DNA of 64,000 nucleotides from sequence record OQ845958.1; one strand, 5' to 3'. Numbering within the stretch: the first letter of the stretch is position 1; every line of letters starts with the position of its first letter. This DNA comes from Escherichia phage pEC-M719-6WT.2. Below, piece by piece: positions 1-10,639 of this stretch. Position numbers and translations under genes: made by a program. Below the pieces are notes generated by a model. It was not told where the DNA came from, did no database searches, and saw nothing but the letters and a program-made list of their open reading frames with translations.

Positions 1-1
1 T

Positions 2-733
2 AACTCTCTGAATGATTACTGCCGCCGCCCTGCGTTTTTGTTTGGTGCCACAGTTCGTAAGAGCATTAAGGAAATCCTGGCTGCAGGGCTTCGTATTCGC
101 AAGGCTCCGGTTAACATCAAGAACTATAATTTTAACTCCAGTAACTTGATTATCAATATCAAGAATGATGGTATACAGATTAAGTTCAAACCAACCACCA
201 AGGGCGACGTTGCTCTTTGTGATACCTTTAAAGAGGTTATGGGTATCGCACTGTTTTATATGCGCCATGCTGTTGAAGCATACACGTTTGAAGAAGATAC
301 AAATTATATCCACCAAACGGAAAAATTCCTTAAAACTATAGTCATTGATATTAAATTAACTAAAGAATATCTTTTGTCTTATGCACCTTATCAAGAGAAA
401 AAGGAACCAGAAATGGCAGAACATATCCCTACTGCGACATATAACCCAGCAGTTACAGGTCAGTTTAAATCTTACGACCAGGCTAAAATTTCACCACTGG
501 AAGTTAAAAATATGTATCAATGGAAAATCCAGCCAAACAGCTCTCTTGAAATCTTTAACCCACCAATGAAGCCTATTGAGAGCTATCATGCTGATGCTAT
601 CCAGGAATCAGTCAACCGCTTAAACGGTCTGATTGAAGATGAGAAAAAGGGTATCCAGGATGTTCTGAATCGCATCAAGAACATGGAAAAACAACGCAAT
701 AAATTGCAGGCGGCGATTTTAGCATTAAAATAA
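2..733 (+). CDS. hypothetical early protein, 5'-truncated at window edge
   Basis: Frame open from position 2; first in-window start is TTG-38; head of a tightly packed ORF chain upstream of nrdC. Confidence 0.4.
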   Translation, partial: NSLNDYCRRPAFLFGATVRKSIKEILAAGLRIRKAPVNIKNYNFNSSNLIINIKNDGIQIKFKPTTKGDVALCDTFKEVMGIALFYMRHAVEAYTFEEDTNYIHQTEKFLKTIVIDIKLTKEYLLSYAPYQEKKEPEMAEHIPTATYNPAVTGQFKSYDQAKISPLEVKNMYQWKIQPNSSLEIFNPPMKPIESYHADAIQESVNRLNGLIEDEKKGIQDVLNRIKNMEKQRNKLQAAILALK

Positions 734-791
734 TGTTTACTTCCAAGGATGGAGGGGGTATAATGAATTCCTACTTTATGAGGAGAACACT

Positions 792-1781
792 ATGACACGT
801 AATGAATATATCCAGGCCTTTAACACCACTATCGATGCAAAAGTAAAACCATTAATAGGTGAATCGGCTATCCTTTTAATTATCAATTACTGGTTAAATC
901 AGATTGACTCGACGATTGTTGCATCCGGTCGCTTCAAGAAAGACATTGCGACTATTGCGAGTCGTGCCGGTAAAGATGATATCAAGAAAACTTTTAAAGG
1001 TTCCCGAGTCCTGGCATACCTAGTTAATAAAGACCTTCTTAATAAGTTTGGTGTTGAATCCAGACGTGGTAAAGGTACAATTGGATATCATTGGTTTGGT
1101 GATGTTGAAAAATACTACCTTGATAAACAAGGCTATACTGTTTCTGAATTCGCAAATTGTTGGGCTCGTGAATTCAGAGATAACAAAATGTCTATCATAA
1201 AATCAGCGACAAAATTGATGGGCAGCGATTATCGCACTATCTCCCATTTGGCTGAGCACATGATAAATGTTAAAGAGTCTGGTGAAAACCAGGTAATTAT
1301 TACAGTTAAGTATGAATTCTTTACGCCGGTGGCTACTCCAGAAAATGTCAAAAAGTATCTTGATGCCGCGAGCACGCTTACTTCACAGCTGCAGTGTGCC
1401 CTTAATTATATGCGCACTGTTGAAAAAATTAAAGTAGACCCTATCACCAGTACTCATGGTTGGAAAGGTTGGAAAATTGTGGTGACATTACGCGAAGTTA
1501 AATGTGCAAAGCAACCAACTGTTGCAGAAATTTATAAAAAGAAAAGTGAGGAAATTATGAATGCTCCGCAAGAAACCACCCTTGAAGACCTGATTGATAA
1601 TCTGAATAATGAGCCAGTGGAACAAAAAGCGCCTGAAATTGTTGCTCTGGAAATGGCGTATAATAAAGCTCTTGCTGTTAATAAAAAGGCAACTGAAGAC
1701 TATACCAAAGCCAAGCGACTTTGGGAAGAATCAACTAATCGTCTGGATAAACTGGAACAGGCTCTGGAGCTGCTGAAATGA
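792..1781 (+). CDS. hypothetical protein (nrdC-distal early ORF)
   Basis: 329-aa ORF with ATG start; stop overlaps next start; no motif recognised. Confidence 0.55.
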   Translation: MTRNEYIQAFNTTIDAKVKPLIGESAILLIINYWLNQIDSTIVASGRFKKDIATIASRAGKDDIKKTFKGSRVLAYLVNKDLLNKFGVESRRGKGTIGYHWFGDVEKYYLDKQGYTVSEFANCWAREFRDNKMSIIKSATKLMGSDYRTISHLAEHMINVKESGENQVIITVKYEFFTPVATPENVKKYLDAASTLTSQLQCALNYMRTVEKIKVDPITSTHGWKGWKIVVTLREVKCAKQPTVAEIYKKKSEEIMNAPQETTLEDLIDNLNNEPVEQKAPEIVALEMAYNKALAVNKKATEDYTKAKRLWEESTNRLDKLEQALELLK

Positions 1782-2116
1782 AACAACGTTTAGCTGAAGA
1801 TATTGCAGAAACTGCATTTCCAGAATGGACCCCCGCAGCGGGGGTTAATAAAGGTCTTTTAAAATTTATTGAAAACGCTGAGGGTGTTGACCTTGTTCAG
1901 TTAGGAAAGATTCATGGCTGTGATGATTATAGTCAGGTTCCTGATTGGGATATGGTAATGGCTATGGTTCGTCGGCGTGAACGTGCTTCTAAACGTGTTC
2001 CAAACTGTCCAGAATGCGGAACTGAACAGGTCCAGTTAGTCCATTGGCAGACTAGTAATCTTCGTTATAAATGCAGACATTGCAAACACAAATTTGAGCG
2101 AGAAGAAAATGAATAA
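1778..2116 (+). CDS. zinc-ribbon hypothetical protein
   Basis: CPECG...CRHC paired CxxC motifs; start overlaps upstream stop. Confidence 0.5.
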   Translation: MKQRLAEDIAETAFPEWTPAAGVNKGLLKFIENAEGVDLVQLGKIHGCDDYSQVPDWDMVMAMVRRRERASKRVPNCPECGTEQVQLVHWQTSNLRYKCRHCKHKFEREENE

Positions 2117-2420
2117 TTTAAACCCATTTAAAAGTCAAAATATCATTGAGACTGATGAGATGAAAGGCTTGTTTAAAGAACTTCAGGAATTAACGACCCG
2201 AATATGTCTCCAATACGTTGAAGATTGCGGTACAACAGTTAGTATAGATTCCATCCATCGTAATATTCAATCTTCAATTGATTATGCCATTACTGTTTTT
2301 AAAATCCGGGCTAATTCGGCTTTAATAAACCAACCAAATACAAATTTACCGTTAGAAGAGTGTATTGCAATAGCGGCCTATACAGCTTATAATGAGATTG
2401 TAGATAATGACAAAGCGTAA
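2109..2420 (+). CDS. hypothetical protein
   Basis: ORF in gene chain; ATG-2109 chosen over TTG-2094. Confidence 0.4.
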   Translation: MNNLNPFKSQNIIETDEMKGLFKELQELTTRICLQYVEDCGTTVSIDSIHRNIQSSIDYAITVFKIRANSALINQPNTNLPLEECIAIAAYTAYNEIVDNDKA

Positions 2421-2649
2421 AGAATATCTTGAGACTGCTGATAAGGCGGTCCGTGAATTAACTCTGGCCTATTATAAAGAACACGGTAAACTTCCGGATA
2501 GTTATTCAGTATTGAAATCTGCTTTAACTCGTTCATATAATAATATGCGTTCAGAAGTTTATGGTATTATGGTCAAACATAAAGAACAAACCGGTCAATA
2601 CCCCGATTATACTGAGACCTTCAAACAAGTATTAGGAATTAAGGAATAA
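2407..2649 (+). CDS. hypothetical protein
   Basis: 80-aa ORF, ATG start, overlaps neighbours. Confidence 0.45.
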   Translation: MTKRKEYLETADKAVRELTLAYYKEHGKLPDSYSVLKSALTRSYNNMRSEVYGIMVKHKEQTGQYPDYTETFKQVLGIKE

Positions 2650-2650
2650 T

Positions 2651-2914
2651 ATGTTTAAAGTATATGGTTATGATTCATCTATTCATCGCTGTGTATTCTG
2701 CGATAATGCAAAACGTTTTTTGGATGTTAAAAAACAACCTTACGAGTTCATCAACGTTATGCCAGAAAAAGGTGTGTTTGATGATGAGAAGATTGCCCAA
2801 CTCCTGGCTGCACTTGGTCGCGAATCTCAAATTGGTTTGACCATGCCGCAAGTATTTGCTCCTGACGGAAGTCATATTGGCGGATTCACTGAACTGCGAG
2901 AATATTTTAAATGA
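2651..2914 (+). CDS. nrdC: NrdC thioredoxin (glutaredoxin-like)
   Basis: 87 aa, MFKVYGYDS...CVFCDNAKR...MPQVFAPDGSHIGGF; near-identical to remembered T4 NrdC. Confidence 0.88.
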   Translation: MFKVYGYDSSIHRCVFCDNAKRFLDVKKQPYEFINVMPEKGVFDDEKIAQLLAALGRESQIGLTMPQVFAPDGSHIGGFTELREYFK

Positions 2915-3078
2915 TTGAATTATTGTTGGGTATTTTGTATCTTATCATCGGTATTGGTTATGCTAAGACCCTAGCTAAAATAGATGATTTCGGTGCGGGT
3001 GACTTTTGTTGGTGGCTGACGTCTATGATTTGTTGGCCTTTATTTCTGGTTGGTGCTTCATTCTGGAACTTTAAATGA
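2911..3078 (+). CDS. small hydrophobic membrane protein
   Basis: 55-aa ORF MIELLLGILYLIIGIGY..., ATGA overlap with nrdC stop; below ORF-track size cut-off. Confidence 0.35.
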   Translation: MIELLLGILYLIIGIGYAKTLAKIDDFGAGDFCWWLTSMICWPLFLVGASFWNFK

Positions 3079-3247
3079 CCGAATTTGATATGGCCTATAA
3101 AACCTGCGCAAGAGAGTTTGATACTCCTGCGCCTAGTAAAGAAACCGTATTGGCAAATCTCCCGGATTGGTTAAAAGAAGAAGCCAACGAATGGGGTTGG
3201 ACTGATACTTGTGTACGCGACCAGTTATTTGAATTTATGGTGGAATT

Positions 3248-3556
3248 ATGAGTGAATTAGACGGACAAACAATTTATCTGGGCGATGGCAACGAAGACGA
3301 CCTGGAATATAAACTATACGAATACATGGTCGCCCTGGCAAAGGAAGAAGGTATTGACTTTGCTGTGGCTAACCCGTATGGTGAGAACACTGTTGTAATT
3401 GGTGGCACTGCTTATGAAGTCCAATGGCAATACGTTGGGCTTGAATCTATAGAATATGAAGAAGATAAGCATGGCGATTGGCATCCGGTGGGTCCCTGGT
3501 ACTGGGACGACGGTGAGCCTGATTTTGAAGTATCAAGCTATTGGAGTGACCAATGA
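3248..3556 (+). CDS. hypothetical acidic protein
   Basis: 102-aa ORF, overlapping stop/start with next ORF. Confidence 0.45.
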   Translation: MSELDGQTIYLGDGNEDDLEYKLYEYMVALAKEEGIDFAVANPYGENTVVIGGTAYEVQWQYVGLESIEYEEDKHGDWHPVGPWYWDDGEPDFEVSSYWSDQ

Positions 3557-3873
3557 CTATTGAAAATGAATTAGATGTTGATGCTGTTTTAAGCGAAATC
3601 ATTGAAGACCATGATGCGTTTACTGAATCATACGAGTTTGAATTTTCGGACTACCTGGTTCCGGTTGAATTAGGCGAATGGACACAATCTGGCAAATACC
3701 AATATCGCCAGGCAATTTATTTCAGCAAAAAACATAATGTACATGTGGCTGTAAACGAAACTCGTACCGGCTCTTATCATACCGACTGGGACCATATGGT
3801 CCCGACTGTTGAACTGGTCAAGCTCCAAGAACGTGTCGTAACCCAAACTATCAGAGAATGGATTACGCTATAA
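3553..3873 (+). CDS. hypothetical protein
   Basis: 106-aa ORF in coupled chain. Confidence 0.45.
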   Translation: MTIENELDVDAVLSEIIEDHDAFTESYEFEFSDYLVPVELGEWTQSGKYQYRQAIYFSKKHNVHVAVNETRTGSYHTDWDHMVPTVELVKLQERVVTQTIREWITL

Positions 3874-4163
3874 AACCATGGTACACCGCTCGATGGGAAA
3901 CCGTCGAGCCAGAGGAACCTGTTTACAACGATTCCGAAATAGATTATAATGAACCTTCAAACAATGATTTAATCGATATGGAGTTTGGATATGAGTACCA
4001 AAATTGAAATTGGCCGTCATAAAGGCCGCCTGATTGAAAAATCACTTTATGAACTGTCGGATTCCCGTAAGTTACCCGATGAAGAATCTGCTTTAATTTT
4101 TGCCGCGGCGGATTATATCCATTGGCTTGAAGCTCAACTTCGCTTTGCTGATAAGGCCTTTTA

Positions 4164-4436
4164 ATGTTTTTAGAAATTGTTAATATTCATGCGGCTGCTC
4201 AATCAGGTTTTATGAAAGAGCTTCAAGACGCAGGATTTAAAAATGGTGATGTTATCCATGCGTTAAGACAACGTTTTGACCCTGACGTTGAATGTAATGT
4301 TTGGGACGTTGTTGAAACGGATGAATACCTTTTTGATACCATAGAAATTGAAGGGTCATGGACCTGTATCACTGAGTATATGATAATTGATAATGGTAAC
4401 GTTGAATGCCATTATCCTTGTTTTAGGATTGTTTAA
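4164..4436 (+). CDS. hypothetical protein
   Basis: 90-aa ORF, ATG overlapping upstream stop. Confidence 0.4.
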   Translation: MFLEIVNIHAAAQSGFMKELQDAGFKNGDVIHALRQRFDPDVECNVWDVVETDEYLFDTIEIEGSWTCITEYMIIDNGNVECHYPCFRIV

Positions 4437-4647
4437 TGAAAACTGCATTAGTCTATACCGAAAAGTTAAACGGTGACAAGGTCTGGAAACTTCTTATCAA
4501 AGGAAGCCCTACTGACCAGTTTATGGCCACCTGTGTGGGATTGTATACTCGTCCTACTAAAAAGATGATTCGTCAATTTAAACGGTTACACCGCGCGTTT
4601 TATAAGATTTAATAAATACCCTTATCTAATAATGGTAAGGGTTTATT

Positions 4648-5121
4648 ATGTTGTTGACTGGCAAATTATACAAAGAAGAAAAACAAAAACTTTATGATGC
4701 ACAAGCTGGTAAGTGTCCAATTTGCCACCGTGATTTGGACTCCGATGTTCAGGCCAACCATCTTGACCATGACCACGAATTGAACGGGCCAAAAGCCGGT
4801 AAGGTTCGCGGGTTACTATGCAATCTGTGCAATGGGACAGAAGGACAAATGAAGCATAAGTTCAGCCGTTCGGGTCTGAAAAGTCGCGATGTTGACTACC
4901 TGGAATGGTTAGAGAGTTTGCTTGTCTATCTGAAATCTGATTATACCGAAAACAATATTCACCCCAATTTTGTAACAGACAAAGCCAAAGAGTTCGGTCG
5001 TCTGGGGAAAGAAGAAATGATTCGGGAAATGCTTTTGAATGGTATGACTTATAATGAATCTGACACCAAAACACAATTAATGGCTTCATTTAAGAAGCAG
5101 CTTAGAAAGAGTTTAAAATGA
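4648..5121 (+). CDS. 49: endonuclease VII (Holliday junction resolvase)
   Basis: 157 aa, MLLTGKLYKEEKQK...HLDHDHELNGPKAGKVRGLLCNLCN; near-identical to remembered T4 gp49. Confidence 0.92.
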   Translation: MLLTGKLYKEEKQKLYDAQAGKCPICHRDLDSDVQANHLDHDHELNGPKAGKVRGLLCNLCNGTEGQMKHKFSRSGLKSRDVDYLEWLESLLVYLKSDYTENNIHPNFVTDKAKEFGRLGKEEMIREMLLNGMTYNESDTKTQLMASFKKQLRKSLK

Positions 5122-6935
5122 CAATTGAAAACGAAATTGAAGGATTGATTCATAAAACTAATAAAGACCTTTTAAACGAGAATGCTAATAAAGATTCTCG
5201 TGTTTTTCCAACTCAACGGGACCTTATGGCTGGTATTGTATCTAAACACATTGCCAAAAATATGGTTGCGCCTTTTATTATGAAAGCACATGAAAGTGGA
5301 ATTATTCATTTCCATGATATTGATTATTCCCCTGCTCTTCCATTTACTAATTGCTGTTTAGTAGATTTAAAAGGAATGCTTGAGAACGGATTTAAGCTTG
5401 GTAATGCACAGATTGAAACTCCTAAATCAATCGGTGTTGCTACTGCAATTATGGCACAAATTACTGCACAGGTTGCTTCTCACCAATATGGCGGAACGAC
5501 TTTTGCTAATGTAGACAAAGTATTTTCTCCTTATGTTAAACGTACATACGCAAAACATATTGAAGATGCAGAAAAATGGCAAATCACTGATGCATTGAAT
5601 TATGCCCAATCTAAAACAGAAAAAGACGTATACGATGCATTCCAAGCTTATGAATATGAAGTAAATACTCTCTTTAGTTCAAACGGACAAACGCCTTTTG
5701 TAACCATTACATTTGGTACGGGAACTGACTGGACTGAACGAATGATTCAGAAAGCAATTCTGAAAAATCGTATCAAAGGTCTTGGTCGCGATGGGATAAC
5801 TCCTATTTTCCCTAAACTTGTTATGTTCGTTGAAGAAGGTGTTAATCTTTATAAAGACGACCCGAACTATGATATTAAGCAGCTTGCTCTAGAGTGTGCA
5901 AGCAAAAGGATGTATCCTGATATTATTTCAGCTAAGAATAATAAAGCTATCACTGGTTCATCTATTCCTGTTTCTCCAATGGGTTGCCGTAGTTTCTTGG
6001 GCGTATGGAAAGATTCGACTGGTAATGAAATTCTTGATGGACGTAATAATCTTGGTGTTGTAACACTGAATCTTCCTCGCATTGCGTTAGATTCTTATAT
6101 TGGAACACAGTTCAATGAACAGAAATTTATCGAATTGTTCAATGAGCGAATGGATTTGTGTTTTGAAGCTTTGATGTGTAGAATTAATTCCTTAAAAGGA
6201 GTTAAAGCGACTGTTGCTCCTATTCTTTACCAAGAAGGTGCATTCGGGGTTCGTCTTAAACCTGATGATGATATAATTGAGTTATTTAAAAACGGTAGAA
6301 GTTCAGTGTCTTTGGGATACATTGGTATTCACGAATTGAATATTCTTGCCGGTCGTGATATTGGGCAAGAAATTTTAACTAAAATGAATGCTCGTCTTAA
6401 GCAGTGGACTGAAAGAACCGGTTTTGCTTTTAGTTTGTATTCTACACCTGCTGAAAACCTTTGTTATCGCTTCTGTAAACTTGATACTGAAAAATATGGA
6501 AGTGTAAAGGATGTTACTGATAAAGGCTGGTACACTAATAGTTTCCATGTTTCAGTAGAAGAAAATATCACCCCGTTTGAAAAGATTTCCCGCGAAGCTC
6601 CATATCATTTCATTGCGACAGGTGGTCACATTTCTTATGTTGAACTTCCTGATATGAAAAATAACTTAAAAGGTCTTGAGGCTGTATGGGATTATGCTGC
6701 GCAACATTTAGATTATTTTGGTGTTAACATGCCAGTAGATAAATGTTTTACGTGTGGAAGTACCCATGAAATGACTCCTACTGAAAACGGATTTGTTTGT
6801 TCTATTTGTGGAGAAACTGACCCTAAAAAGATGAACACAATAAGAAGAACTTGTGGTTATTTGGGAAATCCGAACGAACGCGGATTTAATCTCGGCAAAA
6901 ATAAAGAAATCATGCATAGGGTTAAACACCAATGA
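5118..6935 (+). CDS. nrdD: anaerobic ribonucleoside-triphosphate reductase
   Basis: 605 aa, C-terminal glycyl-radical motif RRTCGYLG and Zn-ribbon cysteines; one uninterrupted ORF. Confidence 0.92.
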   Translation: MTIENEIEGLIHKTNKDLLNENANKDSRVFPTQRDLMAGIVSKHIAKNMVAPFIMKAHESGIIHFHDIDYSPALPFTNCCLVDLKGMLENGFKLGNAQIETPKSIGVATAIMAQITAQVASHQYGGTTFANVDKVFSPYVKRTYAKHIEDAEKWQITDALNYAQSKTEKDVYDAFQAYEYEVNTLFSSNGQTPFVTITFGTGTDWTERMIQKAILKNRIKGLGRDGITPIFPKLVMFVEEGVNLYKDDPNYDIKQLALECASKRMYPDIISAKNNKAITGSSIPVSPMGCRSFLGVWKDSTGNEILDGRNNLGVVTLNLPRIALDSYIGTQFNEQKFIELFNERMDLCFEALMCRINSLKGVKATVAPILYQEGAFGVRLKPDDDIIELFKNGRSSVSLGYIGIHELNILAGRDIGQEILTKMNARLKQWTERTGFAFSLYSTPAENLCYRFCKLDTEKYGSVKDVTDKGWYTNSFHVSVEENITPFEKISREAPYHFIATGGHISYVELPDMKNNLKGLEAVWDYAAQHLDYFGVNMPVDKCFTCGSTHEMTPTENGFVCSICGETDPKKMNTIRRTCGYLGNPNERGFNLGKNKEIMHRVKHQ

Positions 6936-7402
6936 ATTATGATAGAATTTATCCTTGTGATTTTATTAATGGCCCTGGATGCAGGGTCGTTCTTTTCGTC
7001 ACAGGTTGTTTGCATAAATGCGAAGGGTGTTATAATAAATCAACATGGAATGCTAGAAATGGTGTTCCATTCACTGGTGAAACACTAGAACAATTAATTG
7101 AATGTTTGGATAATGATTATATAGAAGGATTAACTATAACTGGAGGAGACCCTCTCTATCCTGATAACCGAGATGTTATTCAATCTGTGGTTCAAACTGT
7201 TAAAAATCTTTATCCAAATAAAAGCATTTGGATGTGGACAGGATATAAGTTTGAAGATATTAAACAACTAGAAATGCTTAAATATGTTGATGTTATTATT
7301 GATGGGAAGTATGAGAAAAATCTTCCGACCAAAAAACTGTGGCGAGGGTCAGATAATCAGCGACTTTGGTCAAATACCGATGGGGTGTGGAAACATGATT
7401 AA
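6932..7402 (+). CDS. nrdG: anaerobic RNR activating enzyme (radical SAM)
   Basis: 156 aa, CLHKCEGC radical-SAM cysteine triad; ATGA overlap with nrdD. Confidence 0.9.
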   Translation: MNYDRIYPCDFINGPGCRVVLFVTGCLHKCEGCYNKSTWNARNGVPFTGETLEQLIECLDNDYIEGLTITGGDPLYPDNRDVIQSVVQTVKNLYPNKSIWMWTGYKFEDIKQLEMLKYVDVIIDGKYEKNLPTKKLWRGSDNQRLWSNTDGVWKHD

Positions 7403-7516
7403 ATTTAATTATATTATGGATACTATAAATGATATGATTTTTCATTTTGGTCCAGAATTTTATTCGCAGTATAGTTTAGTGCTTATCAATGCTTGGTTAA
7501 TCAATTAAGGGTAAAT

Positions 7517-7732
7517 ATGAATAAATTTCGTAATGCTGTTTCTGATATCCTGGCCAATATTACATTTGTCCTGTTTATTGTGTGCCTTTTAATCCTGGTT
7601 ATCCCATTTGGATTGCTGTTTGTGATGATTGGTGCCCTGAGTACTGAAAAGGGCCTCGAAGGGTCTGAGTTCGACAAACGAATCCAGGCTGTGCATAGTG
7701 TTATTGCTAAAATGATGAAGGTGAAAGAATGA
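7517..7732 (+). CDS. small membrane protein
   Basis: Hydrophobic core ITFVLFIVCLLILVIPFGLLFVMIGAL; ATG-7517 preceded by AAGGG. Confidence 0.4.
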   Translation: MNKFRNAVSDILANITFVLFIVCLLILVIPFGLLFVMIGALSTEKGLEGSEFDKRIQAVHSVIAKMMKVKE

Positions 7733-8028
7733 AACGTTTTGAAGAATATGTAGCTACTAATTGGACCGCGTGGGACAAGTTCGGTGATGAATGGTACTTC
7801 CACGACTGTGACCTGGACCCGAAATTCTTTGCTGATAAAGAAGAAGACCTTAAAGATATCTATGCTCTATCTGAGATTCATGGAATCAAACCGACGGTTT
7901 ATTTCTCTTTCGATGACACAGGTTTCCTTATTCAGATTTATGTCCCGTATGCAACCGCCAGCGATGAAGAAGTTATTAAAACCTGGAACTACCAAGGAGT
8001 GATTTCCTGTGGGCCAAAACTCGACTAA
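7729..8028 (+). CDS. hypothetical protein
   Basis: 99-aa ORF, coupled. Confidence 0.45.
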   Translation: MKRFEEYVATNWTAWDKFGDEWYFHDCDLDPKFFADKEEDLKDIYALSEIHGIKPTVYFSFDDTGFLIQIYVPYATASDEEVIKTWNYQGVISCGPKLD

Positions 8029-8326
8029 GATTGAAATCTATGGTATCCCCGAAGAAGTCGGTCGATGCCCTGGTTGTATGCACGTCAGGGGCCTTCTGGG
8101 CTCCTTAAACCTTCCTTATACATTCTATTCAGTCCTTAACAAACAAGGCTCTGAAATCGCTTATGACAGGCCTTTAATCGTGTCTTTGGCTAAGCGTGGT
8201 GGATATCCTACTCTTAACATTCGTTACCCGGTGATTTTTGTCAATGATGAAAAAATGACCAATATTCCTGCCTTTAAAACAAAACTGATATCCCTGGGGT
8301 ACGACCAGGACTTAATTGAAGATTAA
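8009..8326 (+). CDS. nrdH: glutaredoxin-like protein (NrdH-like)
   Basis: CPGC redox motif, size and position between nrdG and gp55 as in T4; non-ATG start. Confidence 0.55.
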   Translation: MGQNSTKIEIYGIPEEVGRCPGCMHVRGLLGSLNLPYTFYSVLNKQGSEIAYDRPLIVSLAKRGGYPTLNIRYPVIFVNDEKMTNIPAFKTKLISLGYDQDLIED

Positions 8327-8334
8327 AAAAGGGG

Positions 8335-8363
8335 TGTACAAGCCCCTTTGAACGGTGTATCAT
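8335..8363 (+). promoter_or_regulatory. early sigma70-type promoter (-35 TGTACA in hairpin loop, -10 TATCAT)
   Basis: Hairpin AAGGGG-tgtacaag-CCCCTT after nrdH; 17-nt spacer to TATCAT. Confidence 0.4.
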
Positions 8364-8394
8364 TATCCCATCAACTACTGATGAGGAAAACAAA

Positions 8395-8571
8395 ATGGTT
8401 ATTGAAGATAAAGAAATTAAAGTCAACCAGTATTATTCAATCAACGGCAAAGCTGTTTTAGTAACTGAAATATCTAGCCTGGATGTGTGGTATACCATAA
8501 TTGACCTTGGTATTAAAATGATTTGTGACCGTGGAGTGTTTTGTTCGATAGCTAAGGAAATTAAATTATGA
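8395..8571 (+). CDS. hypothetical small protein
   Basis: 58-aa ORF following promoter and SD-hairpin motif. Confidence 0.35.
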   Translation: MVIEDKEIKVNQYYSINGKAVLVTEISSLDVWYTIIDLGIKMICDRGVFCSIAKEIKL

Positions 8572-8822
8572 GCCTGAAATTACACTCAATGAAAAATATC
8601 ATTACCCTTAATCTGGATGATGAGCGCCTAATTTTTCTCACCGTCACTGATAAGAATATTGAAATTGCAAATGGTCCTAAGACTTATTGCTGCCCAGTGA
8701 AGAATTGGAAGCATGTAACCTTTTTGACCCTGTGCGACCGTCTGAAAGACCTTAAGTTGGATTTGGATGTCAAAGATATCCAGTACATTAAAAATCTTAT
8801 TGGATACAAACTGTTGAGGTAA
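8568..8822 (+). CDS. hypothetical protein
   Basis: 84-aa ORF. Confidence 0.4.
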   Translation: MSLKLHSMKNIITLNLDDERLIFLTVTDKNIEIANGPKTYCCPVKNWKHVTFLTLCDRLKDLKLDLDVKDIQYIKNLIGYKLLR

Positions 8823-8824
8823 CT

Positions 8825-9118
8825 ATGGGTAAAACTATCCGTCGTAAAGAATTGTCTTCTAAAGATTTTAATTGCATAGCTAGACGTAAAGCACCTGACG
8901 GTGTATCAGAAGAAACTTTGAATAAAAATATCTTCCGTTCGGACAAATGGAAACGTTTTTGTGGTGTTGATTCTGAAGTCAAGAATGAGATGAATCGTCA
9001 ACTGCGCAAAGAAGTTCGTCAGTTGAAAAAAGATGTATACGTTGAGGATGATTTGGATTATAATACTTCTCACCGTGTTGCAAAACGTAAATCAAACGAA
9101 TGCTATCGTTACAGCTGA
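8825..9118 (+). CDS. hypothetical basic protein
   Basis: 97-aa Lys/Arg-rich ORF. Confidence 0.4.
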   Translation: MGKTIRRKELSSKDFNCIARRKAPDGVSEETLNKNIFRSDKWKRFCGVDSEVKNEMNRQLRKEVRQLKKDVYVEDDLDYNTSHRVAKRKSNECYRYS

Positions 9119-9257
9119 GGAAAATATGAATATCAAACGTATGCTTTTTAAACAAGGGTTATACACTTTAAATTCTGCTCCAAAAGGCGATACAACCAAG
9201 TGGTCAGTAAATGACTGGATTGAATTTATTGATGAAAACGGTAACTGGAAAATTTAA

Positions 9258-9455
9258 ATGAACCCTGAATCTAAATTATCACAACGAATTGCTGAAGCCC
9301 GTCGCCAGTTCTTTGAAAATATGATAGCTCAAGGCATTGATGACGAAGTTTTTCTGAACTGGTTTTGGAATCACAAATATTCAAGTTGCTCAGGAGCAAT
9401 ATTGATATCAGCCGCAATGATGTATGAAGGCTGGAAAGCGGCTAAAGCGCAATAA
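9258..9455 (+). CDS. hypothetical protein
   Basis: 65-aa ORF. Confidence 0.35.
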   Translation: MNPESKLSQRIAEARRQFFENMIAQGIDDEVFLNWFWNHKYSSCSGAILISAAMMYEGWKAAKAQ

Positions 9456-9527
9456 AAATCAACGGGGTCATGGTATAATGACCCCAGGATAATAAAATTT
9501 TAATTTAATGAGACTGAGGAATATATC

Positions 9528-9854
9528 ATGACTGCATCTATCACTAACATCATCGCTAATTTCGCATTTGCTAAAGTTAACACTCTGATGAAATCTGGTT
9601 TTGTTACCCCTGAGATTCTGGACCAGTGGGAAGGCGATGTACAGAAACTGATTATTGCAGAAGGTCAGACAATGGGTAAAGCGCGTATTCGTGAAAGCCT
9701 TGTCCAGTATATCCTGAATGAATTTGATGTAGCAGCGTTTGGTCTGCCGCTTCTGCGCGAAAACAAAGAAGTTTCTGATAAAGCTATCAAGCGTATGAAG
9801 TCCCAGCGCAAGAAAGGTTTTGTTGACCTGAAAATTGTTAAGGGTGCAAAATGA
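9528..9854 (+). CDS. hypothetical protein
   Basis: 108-aa ORF with SD GAGGA; preceded by hairpin carrying extended -10 TGGTATAAT. Confidence 0.45.
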   Translation: MTASITNIIANFAFAKVNTLMKSGFVTPEILDQWEGDVQKLIIAEGQTMGKARIRESLVQYILNEFDVAAFGLPLLRENKEVSDKAIKRMKSQRKKGFVDLKIVKGAK

Positions 9855-10114
9855 TGTGCCCTGCTATTGAATTACCTGAAGGTGTTGCGGTAATAGTATC
9901 TTACAAACATACGTATGCTAATGGAATTCGCCGAGCTCATAAAATTAGTCACGGTTACTATTTACAAAGGACTTTAAATTATTTCATTTCAATGGGATAT
10001 GAATTCAGAATCTATCCTATGTGTACTAAAACCAAGTACACTAAAATCGATGCTTGGGAAGCTTGGGCGGAAGGCATGACATTAGACGAATTCCTGGACT
10101 ACTTAAATGATTAA
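9851..10114 (+). CDS. hypothetical protein
   Basis: 87-aa ORF, coupled. Confidence 0.4.
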   Translation: MMCPAIELPEGVAVIVSYKHTYANGIRRAHKISHGYYLQRTLNYFISMGYEFRIYPMCTKTKYTKIDAWEAWAEGMTLDEFLDYLND

Positions 10115-10373
10115 AATAAAACTCTCTAATTACGATAAAAACCTGGAAATGATTACTATGAAAGAAGAACTCCTGAATGATGTACGTCTGGCGGGTTATG
10201 CAGTTCAATTTAATGATGTTGGTGTTCTCCAGATTGAAGGTGACCACTTTATTATTGAATATGAATTCCATCAGTATTGGTTGTATGCCAAAGATGAAGT
10301 AGGTGGGATTGATTATGTTGACCAGTTTGATAAGCTTGACGATGTTTTAGAAGCTGCTCAGATGGTGTACTGA
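10107..10373 (+). CDS. hypothetical protein
   Basis: 88-aa ORF, coupled. Confidence 0.4.
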   Translation: MIKIKLSNYDKNLEMITMKEELLNDVRLAGYAVQFNDVGVLQIEGDHFIIEYEFHQYWLYAKDEVGGIDYVDQFDKLDDVLEAAQMVY

Positions 10374-10639
10374 TGCACATCAATCATACAATGATATCCG
10401 TCCAGGACCTGGGAACGTTTTGGGTGGATGAATTTATGAAAATAACATTCTTCCCGCACGCAGAAGGGTATGGCTCTTGGGAGTCCCATATTAGTATGCT
10501 GAATGAAGGGCAATACCGCAACAAACATGACCGCCTGATGGAATTCATTAGCGATGCCGAGGTTATCCCTTATATTGACATTCATGAATTTAAGGCAATT
10601 ATGGAGAAGGTCTTTCAGGCTTACTGTTTACTTCGCTAA
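10373..10639 (+). CDS. hypothetical protein
   Basis: 88-aa ORF, coupled. Confidence 0.4.
   Translation: MHINHTMISVQDLGTFWVDEFMKITFFPHAEGYGSWESHISMLNEGQYRNKHDRLMEFISDAEVIPYIDIHEFKAIMEKVFQAYCLLR

Noticed and set aside
381-569. 62-aa nested + strand ORF inside ORF 2-733
   Set aside because: Fully contained in another frame of a longer ORF, no independent signals.
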